From Endomicrobiia bacterium (GTDB taxonomy: Bacteria > Elusimicrobiota > Endomicrobiia > DTEH01): 64,000 nucleotides of DNA. The stretch spans positions 39,949 to 103,948 of the forward strand of contig JBCNUU010000006.1 of the NCBI GenBank assembly GCA_039630545.1, in the 5' to 3' direction. Shown piece after piece: positions 47,035-57,266 of this stretch. Every line of letters starts with the position of its first letter. Positions within the stretch are counted from its first letter, which is position 1. Both the position numbers and the translations under genes were made by a program. Below the pieces are notes generated by a model. That model had not been told where the DNA came from and searched no databases. It was given only the letters and a program-made list of their open reading frames with translations.

Positions 47035-47598
47035 TTATATACCAAAATTTTTAGAATAAAAATAAAAAATTAAAAAAAGCACTGGCAATAAGATTAAAAA
47101 CATAATGAATAAAGCAGGTAAACCTATTACAAAAAACATATGAAGGTTATTAAATTTAAAATAAATTTTTGTATATTTTAAAATTCTTTTTACTACTATT
47201 AAAAATAATAAAAACTGTAAAAATGAAAACAAATAATCTAAGTTTAACCTGTAACAAATCAAACTAAAAGGTAACAACAAAAAATAACTGGAATGCGAAA
47301 GAAACACAAGAGCCAAAAATTTACCTAAAGAGGCACTTTTTTTAAAAACACCAGAAATAAACGATGTCCAGATCAAAAACAAAATTAAAACAAAAATAGA
47401 AAAAATCAAATTAGTAACCATTAAAGAAAACCAATCAAAAATGTTTAGCCCAAAGATAATACTGTAGGCTAAAGAAACAGTTAATAGCGCCAATAAGTAA
47501 ATAATAAATGCAGAACTTAAAGAAATTTTAAAATTCTCATCTATGATTTTTTTATTTAAATCTATTATATACTCATCCAGAATAGTTTTTATATTCAT
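47035..47598 (-). CDS. Hypothetical multi-pass membrane protein (Yip1-like)
   Basis: About five hydrophobic helices; operon context. Confidence 0.6.
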   Translation of the reverse strand: MNIKTILDEYIIDLNKKIIDENFKISLSSAFIIYLLALLTVSLAYSIIFGLNIFDWFSLMVTNLIFSIFVLILFLIWTSFISGVFKKSASLGKFLALVFLSHSSYFLLLPFSLICYRLNLDYLFSFLQFLLFLIVVKRILKYTKIYFKFNNLHMFFVIGLPALFIMFLILLPVLFLIFYFYSKNFGI

Positions 47599-48039
47599 TT
47601 ATCCCTCTATCAAAATTGTCACTGGTCCATCATTATGGATTTTCACTAACATATGTGCTTTAAACTTTCCTGTTTTTATGTTTTTGGAAGGCACATATTT
47701 AGCAACTTCATTTATAAACTCATTATAAAGGTGTTCTGCTATTTTAGGCTCTGCAGCCTCAGTAAAATCTGGTCTGTTACCACCTTTGCAGTCTCCATAT
47801 AAAGTAAACTCAGAAACGATCAACACTTCTCCTGAAATATCCAGAACGCTTTTATCCATTTTGCCTTTTTCATTTTCAAAAATTCTTAGATTTGAAATTT
47901 TTTTTGCTATATATTTAACATTTTCAATTGTATCGTATTTAGAAATACCAACAAAAACAACCAATCCTCTGGAAATTTCTTTTTTTATCTCTTCATATTC
48001 TACCGATGCATAATTTACTCTCTGAACAACTACTTTCAT
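47599..48039 (-). CDS. dtd: D-aminoacyl-tRNA deacylase
   Basis: VVQRV, LRIF, SEFTL, G.F.A.M.V...NDGPVT. Confidence 0.96.
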   Translation of the reverse strand: MKVVVQRVNYASVEYEEIKKEISRGLVVFVGISKYDTIENVKYIAKKISNLRIFENEKGKMDKSVLDISGEVLIVSEFTLYGDCKGGNRPDFTEAAEPKIAEHLYNEFINEVAKYVPSKNIKTGKFKAHMLVKIHNDGPVTILIEG

Positions 48040-48974
48040 TATTCAAAAATATATTCAAATCTAAATTTTTTTTCAGTGAATTTTGTAAGTGACGAATTTA
48101 AATTTAGCATTTCTGTCATAAATTGTCTAAAAATGTCTAAAGGAGTAGCAGAGTCTTTTATTATTTCTACATCTTGTGTAATTTTTGCTAATTTTTTAAG
48201 CTCCTCTATTGCTCTATCTTCATTTCCCACTTCATCTATCATGAAAAGTTGCTTTGCTTGGGAAGCAATAAAAATCCTTCCATCTGAAAATTGCAAAACC
48301 TGTTCTTTAGAAAGGCCTCTTCCTTTAGCTATAGCGGCTATAAATTGTTCATAGGCGGAGTTTACAATATTTTCTAAAATCTGTTTTTCTTCTGGTAACA
48401 TATCTCTATATATAGAACCTATATCCTTATATCTGGAAGATTTTATTACTTCTATTTTCACACCTATTTTTTTTAATAATTCATTGATGTTTCCAACCTG
48501 TAAAATTACTCCTATCGATCCTATCACACTGCCTTCAGAAGAGATAATTCTATCACAAGCAGATGCTACATAATACCCTCCAGAAGCACATAACTCCTGT
48601 ATATAACAAACAAATGGTTTATTATATTTTTTCTTTAACTCCATTATATAGTTGTAGATATCCTGCACTGCTGCTACTGAGCCTCCAGGAGAGTTTATTT
48701 TAATTAAAATACCTTTAACATCCTCTCTTTCCGTTAAACTTTTAAGACGAGAAATTATATAAGAAGCATCTTTTCTTAAAAAACTTTGAGTACCAGGAGC
48801 ATAAAAAATTTCTCCACTTATTTCTATTAAAGCAATTTTTTCTTTTGGAGATATATATTTGGAAATTGGTTTAGTTTTAGAATAAAAAGGGCGCTGAATT
48901 ACTATTATAAATCCTAAAATTGTGCTTAAAAGAAAAAGCAGTATTATAAAATAATAATAAATATTTTTTTTCAT
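48039..48974 (-). CDS. sppA: Signal peptide peptidase SppA (36K type)
   Basis: INSPGG, ASGGYY, GSIGV, YKD, DGRIF. Confidence 0.94.
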   Translation of the reverse strand: MKKNIYYYFIILLFLLSTILGFIIVIQRPFYSKTKPISKYISPKEKIALIEISGEIFYAPGTQSFLRKDASYIISRLKSLTEREDVKGILIKINSPGGSVAAVQDIYNYIMELKKKYNKPFVCYIQELCASGGYYVASACDRIISSEGSVIGSIGVILQVGNINELLKKIGVKIEVIKSSRYKDIGSIYRDMLPEEKQILENIVNSAYEQFIAAIAKGRGLSKEQVLQFSDGRIFIASQAKQLFMIDEVGNEDRAIEELKKLAKITQDVEIIKDSATPLDIFRQFMTEMLNLNSSLTKFTEKKFRFEYIFE

Positions 48975-49435
48975 TCTAATTTCTCCTCAAAAATCAAATT
49001 ATAAATTTGTTTACTTGGAAGCCATACATCATCTATATAATTTAAATGGTATTTTTCTGTTATTTCTTTTAATGTTTTATTTCTTTTTCTATCTTCCAAG
49101 ATAGGTTTTATTGAAACATTAGCTTTTTTACTTATTAACAGCAATCTTATTGTTTCTAATCTACCAAAGCCATAAAAGTAATTTTTAAGCTCATTAAGCT
49201 TAAAAGTAAAAGAAGAATCTATTATTACATATTTTAGATTTGTATCTGTGGAAGCCTCAATTGTAAAAAAATATGAAAAAATTTTTTCCATATAATCTTC
49301 TGTTTCTATTTCTGTTTCAATTTTTGTAAAAGTAGAGCTACCTATATCATAAGGTGCAAAACCTATACCAATTTCTATTGATTGTGAAAGACATTTAACA
49401 GATAATATGGAAATTAAAACTATTATTTTGCACAT
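48971..49435 (-). CDS. Hypothetical exported protein
   Basis: Signal-peptide-like N-terminus; stop overlaps sppA start. Confidence 0.6.
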   Translation of the reverse strand: MCKIIVLISILSVKCLSQSIEIGIGFAPYDIGSSTFTKIETEIETEDYMEKIFSYFFTIEASTDTNLKYVIIDSSFTFKLNELKNYFYGFGRLETIRLLLISKKANVSIKPILEDRKRNKTLKEITEKYHLNYIDDVWLPSKQIYNLIFEEKLE

Positions 49436-49966
49436 TTATTCATTTAAAAGATCTATGTAGTTTTTAATATCATTTTCTGCAGATTTCATAACAAGTGTAA
49501 GAATATAAACAAGTAAAGAAAACTGCCATATATCAGGAATACTAATTATAAGCCCTGTTTCTGTATCTTCTATTCTTTGAAAAATTTTCTTATAATGGTT
49601 GATTACATCTTCTAGAGGTTTATTCAACACTTCAAGTTTCAACTGAGTGTTATCATATTTAAGAGATGGTAGATGTACTCCTCTTATTAATAAAAAAGAC
49701 TTCACTATTTCATCACTATATTCTGTTGTTTCTTTAAAATTAAAACCTCTTAGTTCAAAACCACCATAGGGAAGATGGATTAAAGCAGGTGTTACTTCTA
49801 CTTTTCCTCTTCTTACAACAGTAGCACCTTTGTTAACTAAAGAATTACTCACAAGAACATATGGAACTATTGTTTTTTTGAATGTCTCAAGTTTATTATA
49901 TCTACTTTTTATAATTTTTGTATTTTTTAAAGCTTCATCCCATTTTTTATTGAGATCTATACTCAT
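49436..49966 (-). CDS. Hypothetical protein
   Basis: 176-aa ORF tightly packed in operon; no family recognised. Confidence 0.7.
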   Translation of the reverse strand: MSIDLNKKWDEALKNTKIIKSRYNKLETFKKTIVPYVLVSNSLVNKGATVVRRGKVEVTPALIHLPYGGFELRGFNFKETTEYSDEIVKSFLLIRGVHLPSLKYDNTQLKLEVLNKPLEDVINHYKKIFQRIEDTETGLIISIPDIWQFSLLVYILTLVMKSAENDIKNYIDLLNE

Positions 49967-49968
49967 AG

Positions 49969-50421
49969 CTACTTAAAATCTCTTTCAAAAATATCAAGTG
50001 CTTCTTTTGCATCGGAAACTTTTATCATCCCTTCTATATTCCAACTTTTAATTCCGAAAACTGGTTTATTTATTACTTTTGCAAGTGCTATTTCAGAAAG
50101 AGTACCATATTCTCCATCTATAGCAATAACACAACAAGCAGTTCTAACAATAATAGCATTTCTTGCATGGGACATAGCAGTAACTATTGGAATATCTATG
50201 TAAGGATTGGCTTCTGAAATATCCTTTCCTGGAAGAATACCAACAACTATTCCTCCTACACTTTTTGCTCCTCTTGAAGCTTCTTCCATTACACCACCCA
50301 TTCCACCACACACCAAAACATAACCCCTCTTTGCAATTTCTACACCAGCTTCAAAAGCTAAATTTTTTATTTCTTCTGATTTAATCACAGAACCACCAAT
50401 TACTGCTATTAATTTTTTCAT
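49969..50421 (-). CDS. TIGR00725 family (LOG/SLOG-like) protein
   Basis: IAVIGG, CGGMGGVMEEA, ARNAI, GTLSEIALA; start moved to ATG 50421 so it does not overlap the tRNA. Confidence 0.9.
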   Translation of the reverse strand: MKKLIAVIGGSVIKSEEIKNLAFEAGVEIAKRGYVLVCGGMGGVMEEASRGAKSVGGIVVGILPGKDISEANPYIDIPIVTAMSHARNAIIVRTACCVIAIDGEYGTLSEIALAKVINKPVFGIKSWNIEGMIKVSDAKEALDIFERDFK

Positions 50422-50433
50422 AATTTTAATCTT

Positions 50434-50507
50434 TGCGCCCGGGCAGACTCGAACTGCCAACCTACTGGTTCGTAGCCAGACGCTCTATCCAATTGAGCTA
50501 CGGGCGC
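50434..50507 (-). tRNA. tRNA-Arg(ACG)
   Basis: GCGCCCG-TAGCTCAATTGGATAGAGC...CT ACG AA...GTTCGAGTC...CGGGCGCA; CCA not encoded. Confidence 0.96.
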
Positions 50508-50510
50508 TTT

Positions 50511-50831
50511 TTATATAGCTTTTTCTTTTTTCAAAAGTTTATATTTTTTTTCTATTCCTTTCGAATATCCTCCAAGTTCTCCAGATGATCTTATCACTCT
50601 ATGACAAGGAATAATCCCCACTAATGGATTTTCTTTCAAAGCTTTACCTACTGCTCTATAAGCATATGGACTTTTAATTTTGTTTGCTATCCATTTGTAA
50701 GTTCTAACTTCTCCTTTTGGAATTTTAAGCACCTCTAACCATACCTGCTTGTAGAATCTTGAATAATTCTTAACTATTTTATAATTTTTCTTTCCCAAAA
50801 TCTTATATAGCTTTATATCAACTTCATCCAT
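50511..50831 (-). CDS. ogt: Methylated-DNA-protein-cysteine methyltransferase (single domain)
   Basis: RAVG.AL..NP...IPCHRV, GGY. Confidence 0.9.
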   Translation of the reverse strand: MDEVDIKLYKILGKKNYKIVKNYSRFYKQVWLEVLKIPKGEVRTYKWIANKIKSPYAYRAVGKALKENPLVGIIPCHRVIRSSGELGGYSKGIEKKYKLLKKEKAI

Positions 50832-50841
50832 TTATATTAAC

Positions 50842-51591
50842 TTAACAAGATATAATGGTCCCATTTTTTCTTAAATTATTTGTTATTACTATTTCATGAA
50901 CTCCTTTTTTAAACATCTCTTTTATGGATGTAAGCTTTGGTATCATTCCTTCTGTTACTACTTTTTTTTCAATCAACCTGTCTATTCCTTTTAGATTTAA
51001 ACTTTTTATCAATTTACCATCTTCATCCAAGACACCTTCCTTGTCTGTCATAAATATAACTCTATCAGGTTTTATCGTAGTTGCTAAAGCATATACTATT
51101 TTATCAGCATTTATATTTACAATATCAAATTTACTGTCCTTAACTTTACCTAACCCAACAGAAGAGATTAAAACTAGATATTTATTTTTTAGAAGTAAGT
51201 TTATTAAACTAGTGTTTACTTTTATTATGTTTCCTCCAACAAATCCTAATTTACTCTCTATCTCACATAAAACTAATCTATCGTCTACACAAGACAACCC
51301 AACTGTTTTTTTTACCCCATTATTAATAAACTCACCAACCAAACTTTTATTTATTAAACCACATAAAACACTTATAACCACTTCTAGTGTTTTTTCATCT
51401 GTAAATCTTAAACCATCTACAAACTTTGGCTCTAAAGAAAGTCTTTGCATCCATTCAGAGATTTGTTTTCCTCCACCATGAACTACAATAACTTCATTGT
51501 TATTTAGTATTTTTTTCACATCCAAAACGAACTTTTTAAGTAAAGACTCGTCGTTAATTATTTTTCCACTTAATTTTATGATAATTTTCAT
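50842..51591 (-). CDS. argB: Acetylglutamate kinase
   Basis: IKLSG, VHGGG, GLRFTD, NINAD, GMIPK. Confidence 0.93.
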   Translation of the reverse strand: MKIIIKLSGKIINDESLLKKFVLDVKKILNNNEVIVVHGGGKQISEWMQRLSLEPKFVDGLRFTDEKTLEVVISVLCGLINKSLVGEFINNGVKKTVGLSCVDDRLVLCEIESKLGFVGGNIIKVNTSLINLLLKNKYLVLISSVGLGKVKDSKFDIVNINADKIVYALATTIKPDRVIFMTDKEGVLDEDGKLIKSLNLKGIDRLIEKKVVTEGMIPKLTSIKEMFKKGVHEIVITNNLRKNGTIISC

Positions 51592-51633
51592 AAATTTTTA
51601 TTATATACAAAAAACTAAACTGAATTTCTATAT

Positions 51634-53820
51634 TTAAATTTTGACAAAAGTCCCACTGCCTGTAAAATTTAACTTTTTTATTTTATGTGAAGAAGAAAAA
51701 GTTATTTTTATATCTTTGCTGCTATGTGTAGACAACACCAAAAAATTAAGTTTACCAAAAGAAAAATCATATCTGTCTGTAGAAACTATCCCCAAAGTAA
51801 TACTGGTTGTTAAGTTTTTTGTCCATTTATAAATATATCTTATATCTTCAAGATATTTGCCATGCCTTGGTATTTGTAGAACAAGTATTTTTTCATCTTT
51901 ATGTAGATTTTTCATTACTTCTTTAGCTGGTAAGTCATTTGTTAACACGATTGTTTTCCCTTTATAGTTAATTTTAATAAGTAAGCTATTCAAATCAGCA
52001 AGAAGTTCTTTAGGTAGTCTGTTATCGTTCCAAGTATTTTTTATTACCTCAATTTTCCCATTTTTAAAATTAATAATTTTTACTAATTTTACAGGAGTTA
52101 TTTTTATATTTTGTTGCTGAATTTTGTTTAATAGCTCTTCATATGTATAGTCTTCATAAAAGAAATCAGGAATTACTATATGCCTTACAGAAAAGTTTTT
52201 TAAAATTTCCTCTAAACTTTCATAATGAAGATAGTGTGGATGAGTAACTATTAAAAAGTCAATTTTTTTTATATTATTTTTAACTAAAGAAGAAAAAACT
52301 TTTAGAATATATTTTTTTTCATTTTGTGGAGTATCCACTAAAAATGTAGTGTTATCTTCGGTTTTTATAAAAATACAATCTCCAAGTCCCACATCAAAAA
52401 ATGTTATTTCAAATTTTCTAAATAATCTGTCTTTTAAAGGAAAAACTGGCAGAATCAGAAATAAACAAACTAAGAATATTTTAAGCATTCCGCGTTTTGT
52501 GAAATTTACCAAAAGAAAAAGCAAAAAATAATATATAAAAATATCAAACAAATCCATACTAAAGGAAATACTACCGAACGGTATTCTGGCAAAAAATTTT
52601 ACAATATCAATGTAAAATAGAACAAAAAACTCTAAAATTCTCCACAACAACGAAAATATGTCTTTAAATATAAAGTTAAAAACATAAAATAATAAACTTA
52701 TCCATAAAAGAAAAGCACTAAGAGGAACAACTATAATGTTTGAAATAAAGCTTACTGTAGAAAATTTTCCAAAATAATAAACCGTAAGTGGAAAAATCAT
52801 AACCTGCGCAGAAGCTGTTACTAAAAATATTTCTATTACATATCTTATAAGTCTTTTTTGTTTTTTTAACCATTCTTTAATGATATTTTTTAAAAATTTA
52901 TAAAAATATAAAATACCAAAACACGCTAAGAATGACAACTGAAAAGAAACTGTAAATAAACTTCTTGGATTAACTAATAAAATGATAATGCTTGCCACAA
53001 ATAATGAATGTAAAGAATTACTTTTTCTTGATAATAAAAAAGAAATACCAAAACAGCAAATCATAATAGTAGCTCTAACAACAGGAATATTAAATCCTGT
53101 AATAAACATATAAAAAAATATAGCTAAAATACCTGGAATTACTTTAAGCCTTATAGGTAAAGGGAAAAACTTAAATAGAGAATAAACAAGTAAATACACA
53201 AAACTTACATGTAAACCACTTACAACCAGAACATGCATGACACCTGCTTCTTGAAAATAAAATTTTAGTTCATCTATGTCTAACATTTCATACCCTAAGG
53301 ACAATTTAGCAATCACACTTTTAGAATATTGAGATGATAGGTTTTCATTAATTATTTTTATTATTTCTTCCTTTACTATTTGAGCTTTTTTAAAAAACAA
53401 TCTGGTTAATTTATCAAATAAACAATCGGAAGAAATTACTTCTAAAACTTCTTCAATTTCTGCTATTGTGTTTACAAAAAATTGACTATAAATATAACGC
53501 TCATAATTATTGTTTATATTTAGCTCCTTTTGTCTGACTACCGCTTTTATCTTATCATTTAATTCAAAATTTATTTGTTTATCTGTCTTCAATAAAATTT
53601 TATCTTTAGAATTTGATGAAAGAATATAAAAGTTTTGATCTTTATTTTTTTTATACCACTTAATTTTGCCTGAGATTTTTTTAGTTTTGTATTCATCAAT
53701 CAAAAATATAGACCAATTTTTGTGAATAGTTTCTTCAATAAAGATATAGGAAAGATATAAGAAATGTATTAGATATACCAAACTAAAAAATAATTTACTC
53801 GAAAAAGTAAGATTTTTCAC
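51634..53820 (-). CDS. comEC: DNA uptake channel ComEC/Rec2 with degenerate metallo-beta-lactamase domain
   Basis: HVLVVSGLHV, RA.IM, SFQLSF, DVGLGD, THPH. Confidence 0.92.
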   Translation of the reverse strand: MKNLTFSSKLFFSLVYLIHFLYLSYIFIEETIHKNWSIFLIDEYKTKKISGKIKWYKKNKDQNFYILSSNSKDKILLKTDKQINFELNDKIKAVVRQKELNINNNYERYIYSQFFVNTIAEIEEVLEVISSDCLFDKLTRLFFKKAQIVKEEIIKIINENLSSQYSKSVIAKLSLGYEMLDIDELKFYFQEAGVMHVLVVSGLHVSFVYLLVYSLFKFFPLPIRLKVIPGILAIFFYMFITGFNIPVVRATIMICCFGISFLLSRKSNSLHSLFVASIIILLVNPRSLFTVSFQLSFLACFGILYFYKFLKNIIKEWLKKQKRLIRYVIEIFLVTASAQVMIFPLTVYYFGKFSTVSFISNIIVVPLSAFLLWISLLFYVFNFIFKDIFSLLWRILEFFVLFYIDIVKFFARIPFGSISFSMDLFDIFIYYFLLFLLVNFTKRGMLKIFLVCLFLILPVFPLKDRLFRKFEITFFDVGLGDCIFIKTEDNTTFLVDTPQNEKKYILKVFSSLVKNNIKKIDFLIVTHPHYLHYESLEEILKNFSVRHIVIPDFFYEDYTYEELLNKIQQQNIKITPVKLVKIINFKNGKIEVIKNTWNDNRLPKELLADLNSLLIKINYKGKTIVLTNDLPAKEVMKNLHKDEKILVLQIPRHGKYLEDIRYIYKWTKNLTTSITLGIVSTDRYDFSFGKLNFLVLSTHSSKDIKITFSSSHKIKKLNFTGSGTFVKI

Positions 53821-56800
53821 CTAAGAAAGATTCCAATTCTGATAAAAATTTTTTAGATGGTAAGATTTTATATTCTGTTTCTATTATAAACTCCTCTAAA
53901 TTTTTTGTGATAATTTTAAAATAAACTTGAGTATTGCCAGGGTGTTTTTCTATTAGTTTTTTAAGATTATTTATATACTCATCATCAACACCTATATCAG
54001 AAATAGAAATATAAATTTTATTTTTGTTTTTATAAATTTTTTCTTTTATTATCTCAAATAATTCAATATCATCAGCAACAATAAATTTTTTCTCTTCTCT
54101 TAAAGCAATTTTACCTTTAAGATAAATTATACAATTTTTATGAAGTAAGTGCTTTTTTTCTTCATATAGTTTATTAAATACTGAAACTTCTATCTCACCA
54201 GTCAAATCTTCTAACATAATTTTAGCCCAAGATTGTCCAGATTGTGTAGTGTGCTTTTTTACAGAAGTAATCATTCCAACAATCTCTACTTCATAGTTTT
54301 CCTCTTCTGGTAATGTTTCTATTGAAAAACTTATTATATTTTTTATCTCATCTATGTATTTTTCCAAAGGATGACCAGACCAATAGACTTCTGTCAACAT
54401 ATGTTCATAGGCTAATATTTCATGTTCAGTAAACTTTTCAATCTTTTCTTTCTCATAATTTTTATCATTTAAAGCAGAAAATAAAAATTGTGGTTCTTTT
54501 TTTATTTCTTTTTTATTTTCTAAAAAATTAATATATTTTTTTCTAACAAAACATTTTTCTTCTAAAGAGAGTTCACCTTTTCCTGCCAAAGAGTCCATGC
54601 TACCCGACAGAATTAAAGACTCTATTGCTCGTTTGTTAACTTCTTTAGCCCTCTCCAGAAAATCCTCAAAAGACTTAAACTTTCCTGTTTTTTTTCTTAC
54701 ATTTACTATAAACTCAGCAGCATTTTCTCCTACATTTTTAATTCCAACAAGTCCATATCTTATGGCTTTTTCGGTTTCTTTTTTAAAATATACATCTGAT
54801 TCATTAATGTCTGGGGGTAAAAGCTCATACTTCATGTTTTCTACTTCCAAAAGAAATCTCTTGTAATTTTTTTCATCTTTTGTTTTGACATTAGCACCTG
54901 AACGCAATTCAGCATTTATTAAAGCGATCAAATATTCAACAGGATAATTTGCTTTAAGATATGCACATTTATAAGAAGTTACGGCATAAGCAGTAGCATG
55001 AGATTTATTAAAACCATATCCTCCAAAATTTAATATCTGTTGATATATTTTTTTAGCAATAGATAATTCTATCCCATTTTTTTTAGCACCATCAAGAAAT
55101 TTGCTTTCCATTTTTTCTATTTTTTCTGGAACCTTTTTAGCAACCGCAGCTCTTAATTCATCTGCTTCTTCAGGAGTAAAACCTCCTATTACCTGTCCTA
55201 TTTTCATTACCTGCTCCTGGTAGACTAAAACTCCGTAGGTTTCTTTAAGTATATCTTCAAGAAGAGGATGTTCATATTTTATTTCTTTCCTTTTATGTTT
55301 TCTTTCAACGAATTCATTTACCATTCCACTGCGGATAGGACCTGGCCTAAACAATGCTATACAGGCAATTATATCCTCAAATGTAGTTGGCTTTAGTTTT
55401 CTTAAAAGATCTTGCATGCCTGTCGATTCTAACTGAAAAACGCCTGTTGTTTTTCCTTCTTGAAGCAGTTTAAATGTCTTTTTGTCATCTAAAGGAATAT
55501 CTTCTATGTTTACTTCTATGTTATAATTCTGCTTAATAAGATTCAGAGTTTCTTCGATTACAGTTAATGTTTTAAGACTTAAAAAGTCTATTTTTAACAA
55601 TCCTAATTTTAATAAAATCTCATCATAATACTGTGTAGTAATAGCATCATCTTTGCTTCTCCTGTACAAAGGTGTGTGATCTGTAATATCTCCTTTAGAT
55701 ATAATCACACCCGCAGCATGAATACCAGTGTGTCTTACTCTTCCTACTAGGTCTCTAGTAAAATCCAAAATCTTTTTTACATTTTCATCGTTTTTATAAA
55801 GTTCTTTTAACTCTGATGAACTTCTGATAGCTTCATCTACATCCATATCTGCTGAAGGAATAAGTTTTGAAATTTTATCTGCTAAACTTACAGGCAATCC
55901 CATGACTCTTGCTACATCTCTTACAGCATTTTTAATTTTTAAAGTATTAAATGTAATAATTTGTACCACATTTTTTTCTTTATATTTTTGTTTTACATAT
56001 TCTATCACTTTGTCTCTGCCATAATCAGCAAAATCTATATCTAAATCTGGAAGTGTTTTTCTTGACGGATTTAAAAATCTTTCAAACAAAAGACCATATT
56101 TTATAGGATCTATGTCTGTAATTCCCAAACAATAACTGACAAGTGAACCGGCACCAGAGCCTCTTCCGGGTCCTATGGGAATTTTTTGTTGTCTGGCATA
56201 ATTTATAAAATCATAAACAATTAAAAAATATGATGAAAAACCCATCTGTTTTATTATTTCTAATTCGTATTCTAATCTTTTTGTTACCTCAATACTTATA
56301 TGTGAATATCTCTTTTTTATACCTTCGTAACACAATTTTCTTAACAGAGAATCTGCAGTTTCACCTGCTGGCAATTCAATTTCTGGTAAATATATTTTGC
56401 TAAAGTCAATAATTAAATTACATTTTTCTGCAATTTCCAGTGTATTCTTTAGTGCTTCAGGAAAATCTTTGAAAACTGCATACATCTCCTGTGGTGATTT
56501 AAAATAAAACTCATCAGATGAAAATCTTAATCTATCAGGGTCATCTAATGTTGTCCTTGTAGAAATACACAACAGAATTTCCTGGAGTTTAGCATCTTCC
56601 TTTTTAACATAATGCACATCATTAGTTACAACTGTTTTTATATTCATTTTTTTAGCTAATTCATAAGATTTTTCTAAAACAATTTTTTGCTCAGGAATCT
56701 TATTATACATCAGTTCTAAATAAAAATTTTCCTTACCAAATATATCAAGATAAAATCCCACTATGTCTTTGAGTGTTTCTTCACTTTTATTTTCTAATAT

Positions 56801-57250
56801 ATTGTAGGAAATCTCTCCTTCAAGACATCCAGATAAAGCAATTAATCCATCCTTATATTCAGCAAGCCAACTCTTTTTAATTTTTCCCTTACTGGCTATA
56901 AGATTTTCAACATAGCCTTTAGATAAAAGTTTCATTAAGTTTCTATATCCAATTTCGTCTTTTACTAAAAGAGTAAGATGATAACTTTTTCTTTGGTCCT
57001 GTATTTGTTCTTCAGGATCTATATATACCTCACAGCCTATGATAGGCTTTATACCACAACTCATACATGCCTCATAAAATTCAATAGCGCCAAACATATT
57101 ACCATGATCTGTTATTGCTAATGCGGGCATTTTATATTTTTGAGCAACCTCAAATAAAATATCAGGCTGATTTTGAAGGTTGTAGATTTTGCAGACCCCA
57201 TCTAGCAAAGAATACTCTGTATGAAGATGCAAATGAACAAATTCATTCAT
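53795..57250 (-). CDS. dnaE: DNA polymerase III alpha subunit
   Basis: HLHLHTEYSLLDG, TDHG, GRGSGAGS, PDLDID, HAAG, FNKSH. Confidence 0.98.
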   Translation of the reverse strand: MNEFVHLHLHTEYSLLDGVCKIYNLQNQPDILFEVAQKYKMPALAITDHGNMFGAIEFYEACMSCGIKPIIGCEVYIDPEEQIQDQRKSYHLTLLVKDEIGYRNLMKLLSKGYVENLIASKGKIKKSWLAEYKDGLIALSGCLEGEISYNILENKSEETLKDIVGFYLDIFGKENFYLELMYNKIPEQKIVLEKSYELAKKMNIKTVVTNDVHYVKKEDAKLQEILLCISTRTTLDDPDRLRFSSDEFYFKSPQEMYAVFKDFPEALKNTLEIAEKCNLIIDFSKIYLPEIELPAGETADSLLRKLCYEGIKKRYSHISIEVTKRLEYELEIIKQMGFSSYFLIVYDFINYARQQKIPIGPGRGSGAGSLVSYCLGITDIDPIKYGLLFERFLNPSRKTLPDLDIDFADYGRDKVIEYVKQKYKEKNVVQIITFNTLKIKNAVRDVARVMGLPVSLADKISKLIPSADMDVDEAIRSSSELKELYKNDENVKKILDFTRDLVGRVRHTGIHAAGVIISKGDITDHTPLYRRSKDDAITTQYYDEILLKLGLLKIDFLSLKTLTVIEETLNLIKQNYNIEVNIEDIPLDDKKTFKLLQEGKTTGVFQLESTGMQDLLRKLKPTTFEDIIACIALFRPGPIRSGMVNEFVERKHKRKEIKYEHPLLEDILKETYGVLVYQEQVMKIGQVIGGFTPEEADELRAAVAKKVPEKIEKMESKFLDGAKKNGIELSIAKKIYQQILNFGGYGFNKSHATAYAVTSYKCAYLKANYPVEYLIALINAELRSGANVKTKDEKNYKRFLLEVENMKYELLPPDINESDVYFKKETEKAIRYGLVGIKNVGENAAEFIVNVRKKTGKFKSFEDFLERAKEVNKRAIESLILSGSMDSLAGKGELSLEEKCFVRKKYINFLENKKEIKKEPQFLFSALNDKNYEKEKIEKFTEHEILAYEHMLTEVYWSGHPLEKYIDEIKNIISFSIETLPEEENYEVEIVGMITSVKKHTTQSGQSWAKIMLEDLTGEIEVSVFNKLYEEKKHLLHKNCIIYLKGKIALREEKKFIVADDIELFEIIKEKIYKNKNKIYISISDIGVDDEYINNLKKLIEKHPGNTQVYFKIITKNLEEFIIETEYKILPSKKFLSELESFLGEKSYFFE

Positions 57251-57266
57251 AATTTTTAAATAAAAG

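Noticed and set aside
50422..50460. N-terminal extension MAVRVCPGAKIKI of the TIGR00725 ORF
   Set aside because: It overlaps tRNA-Arg(ACG); the real start is ATG 50421.
50434..50507. tRNA as an integration site for a mobile element
   Set aside because: No integrase, no duplicated tRNA 3' end seen, and both flanks are housekeeping genes.
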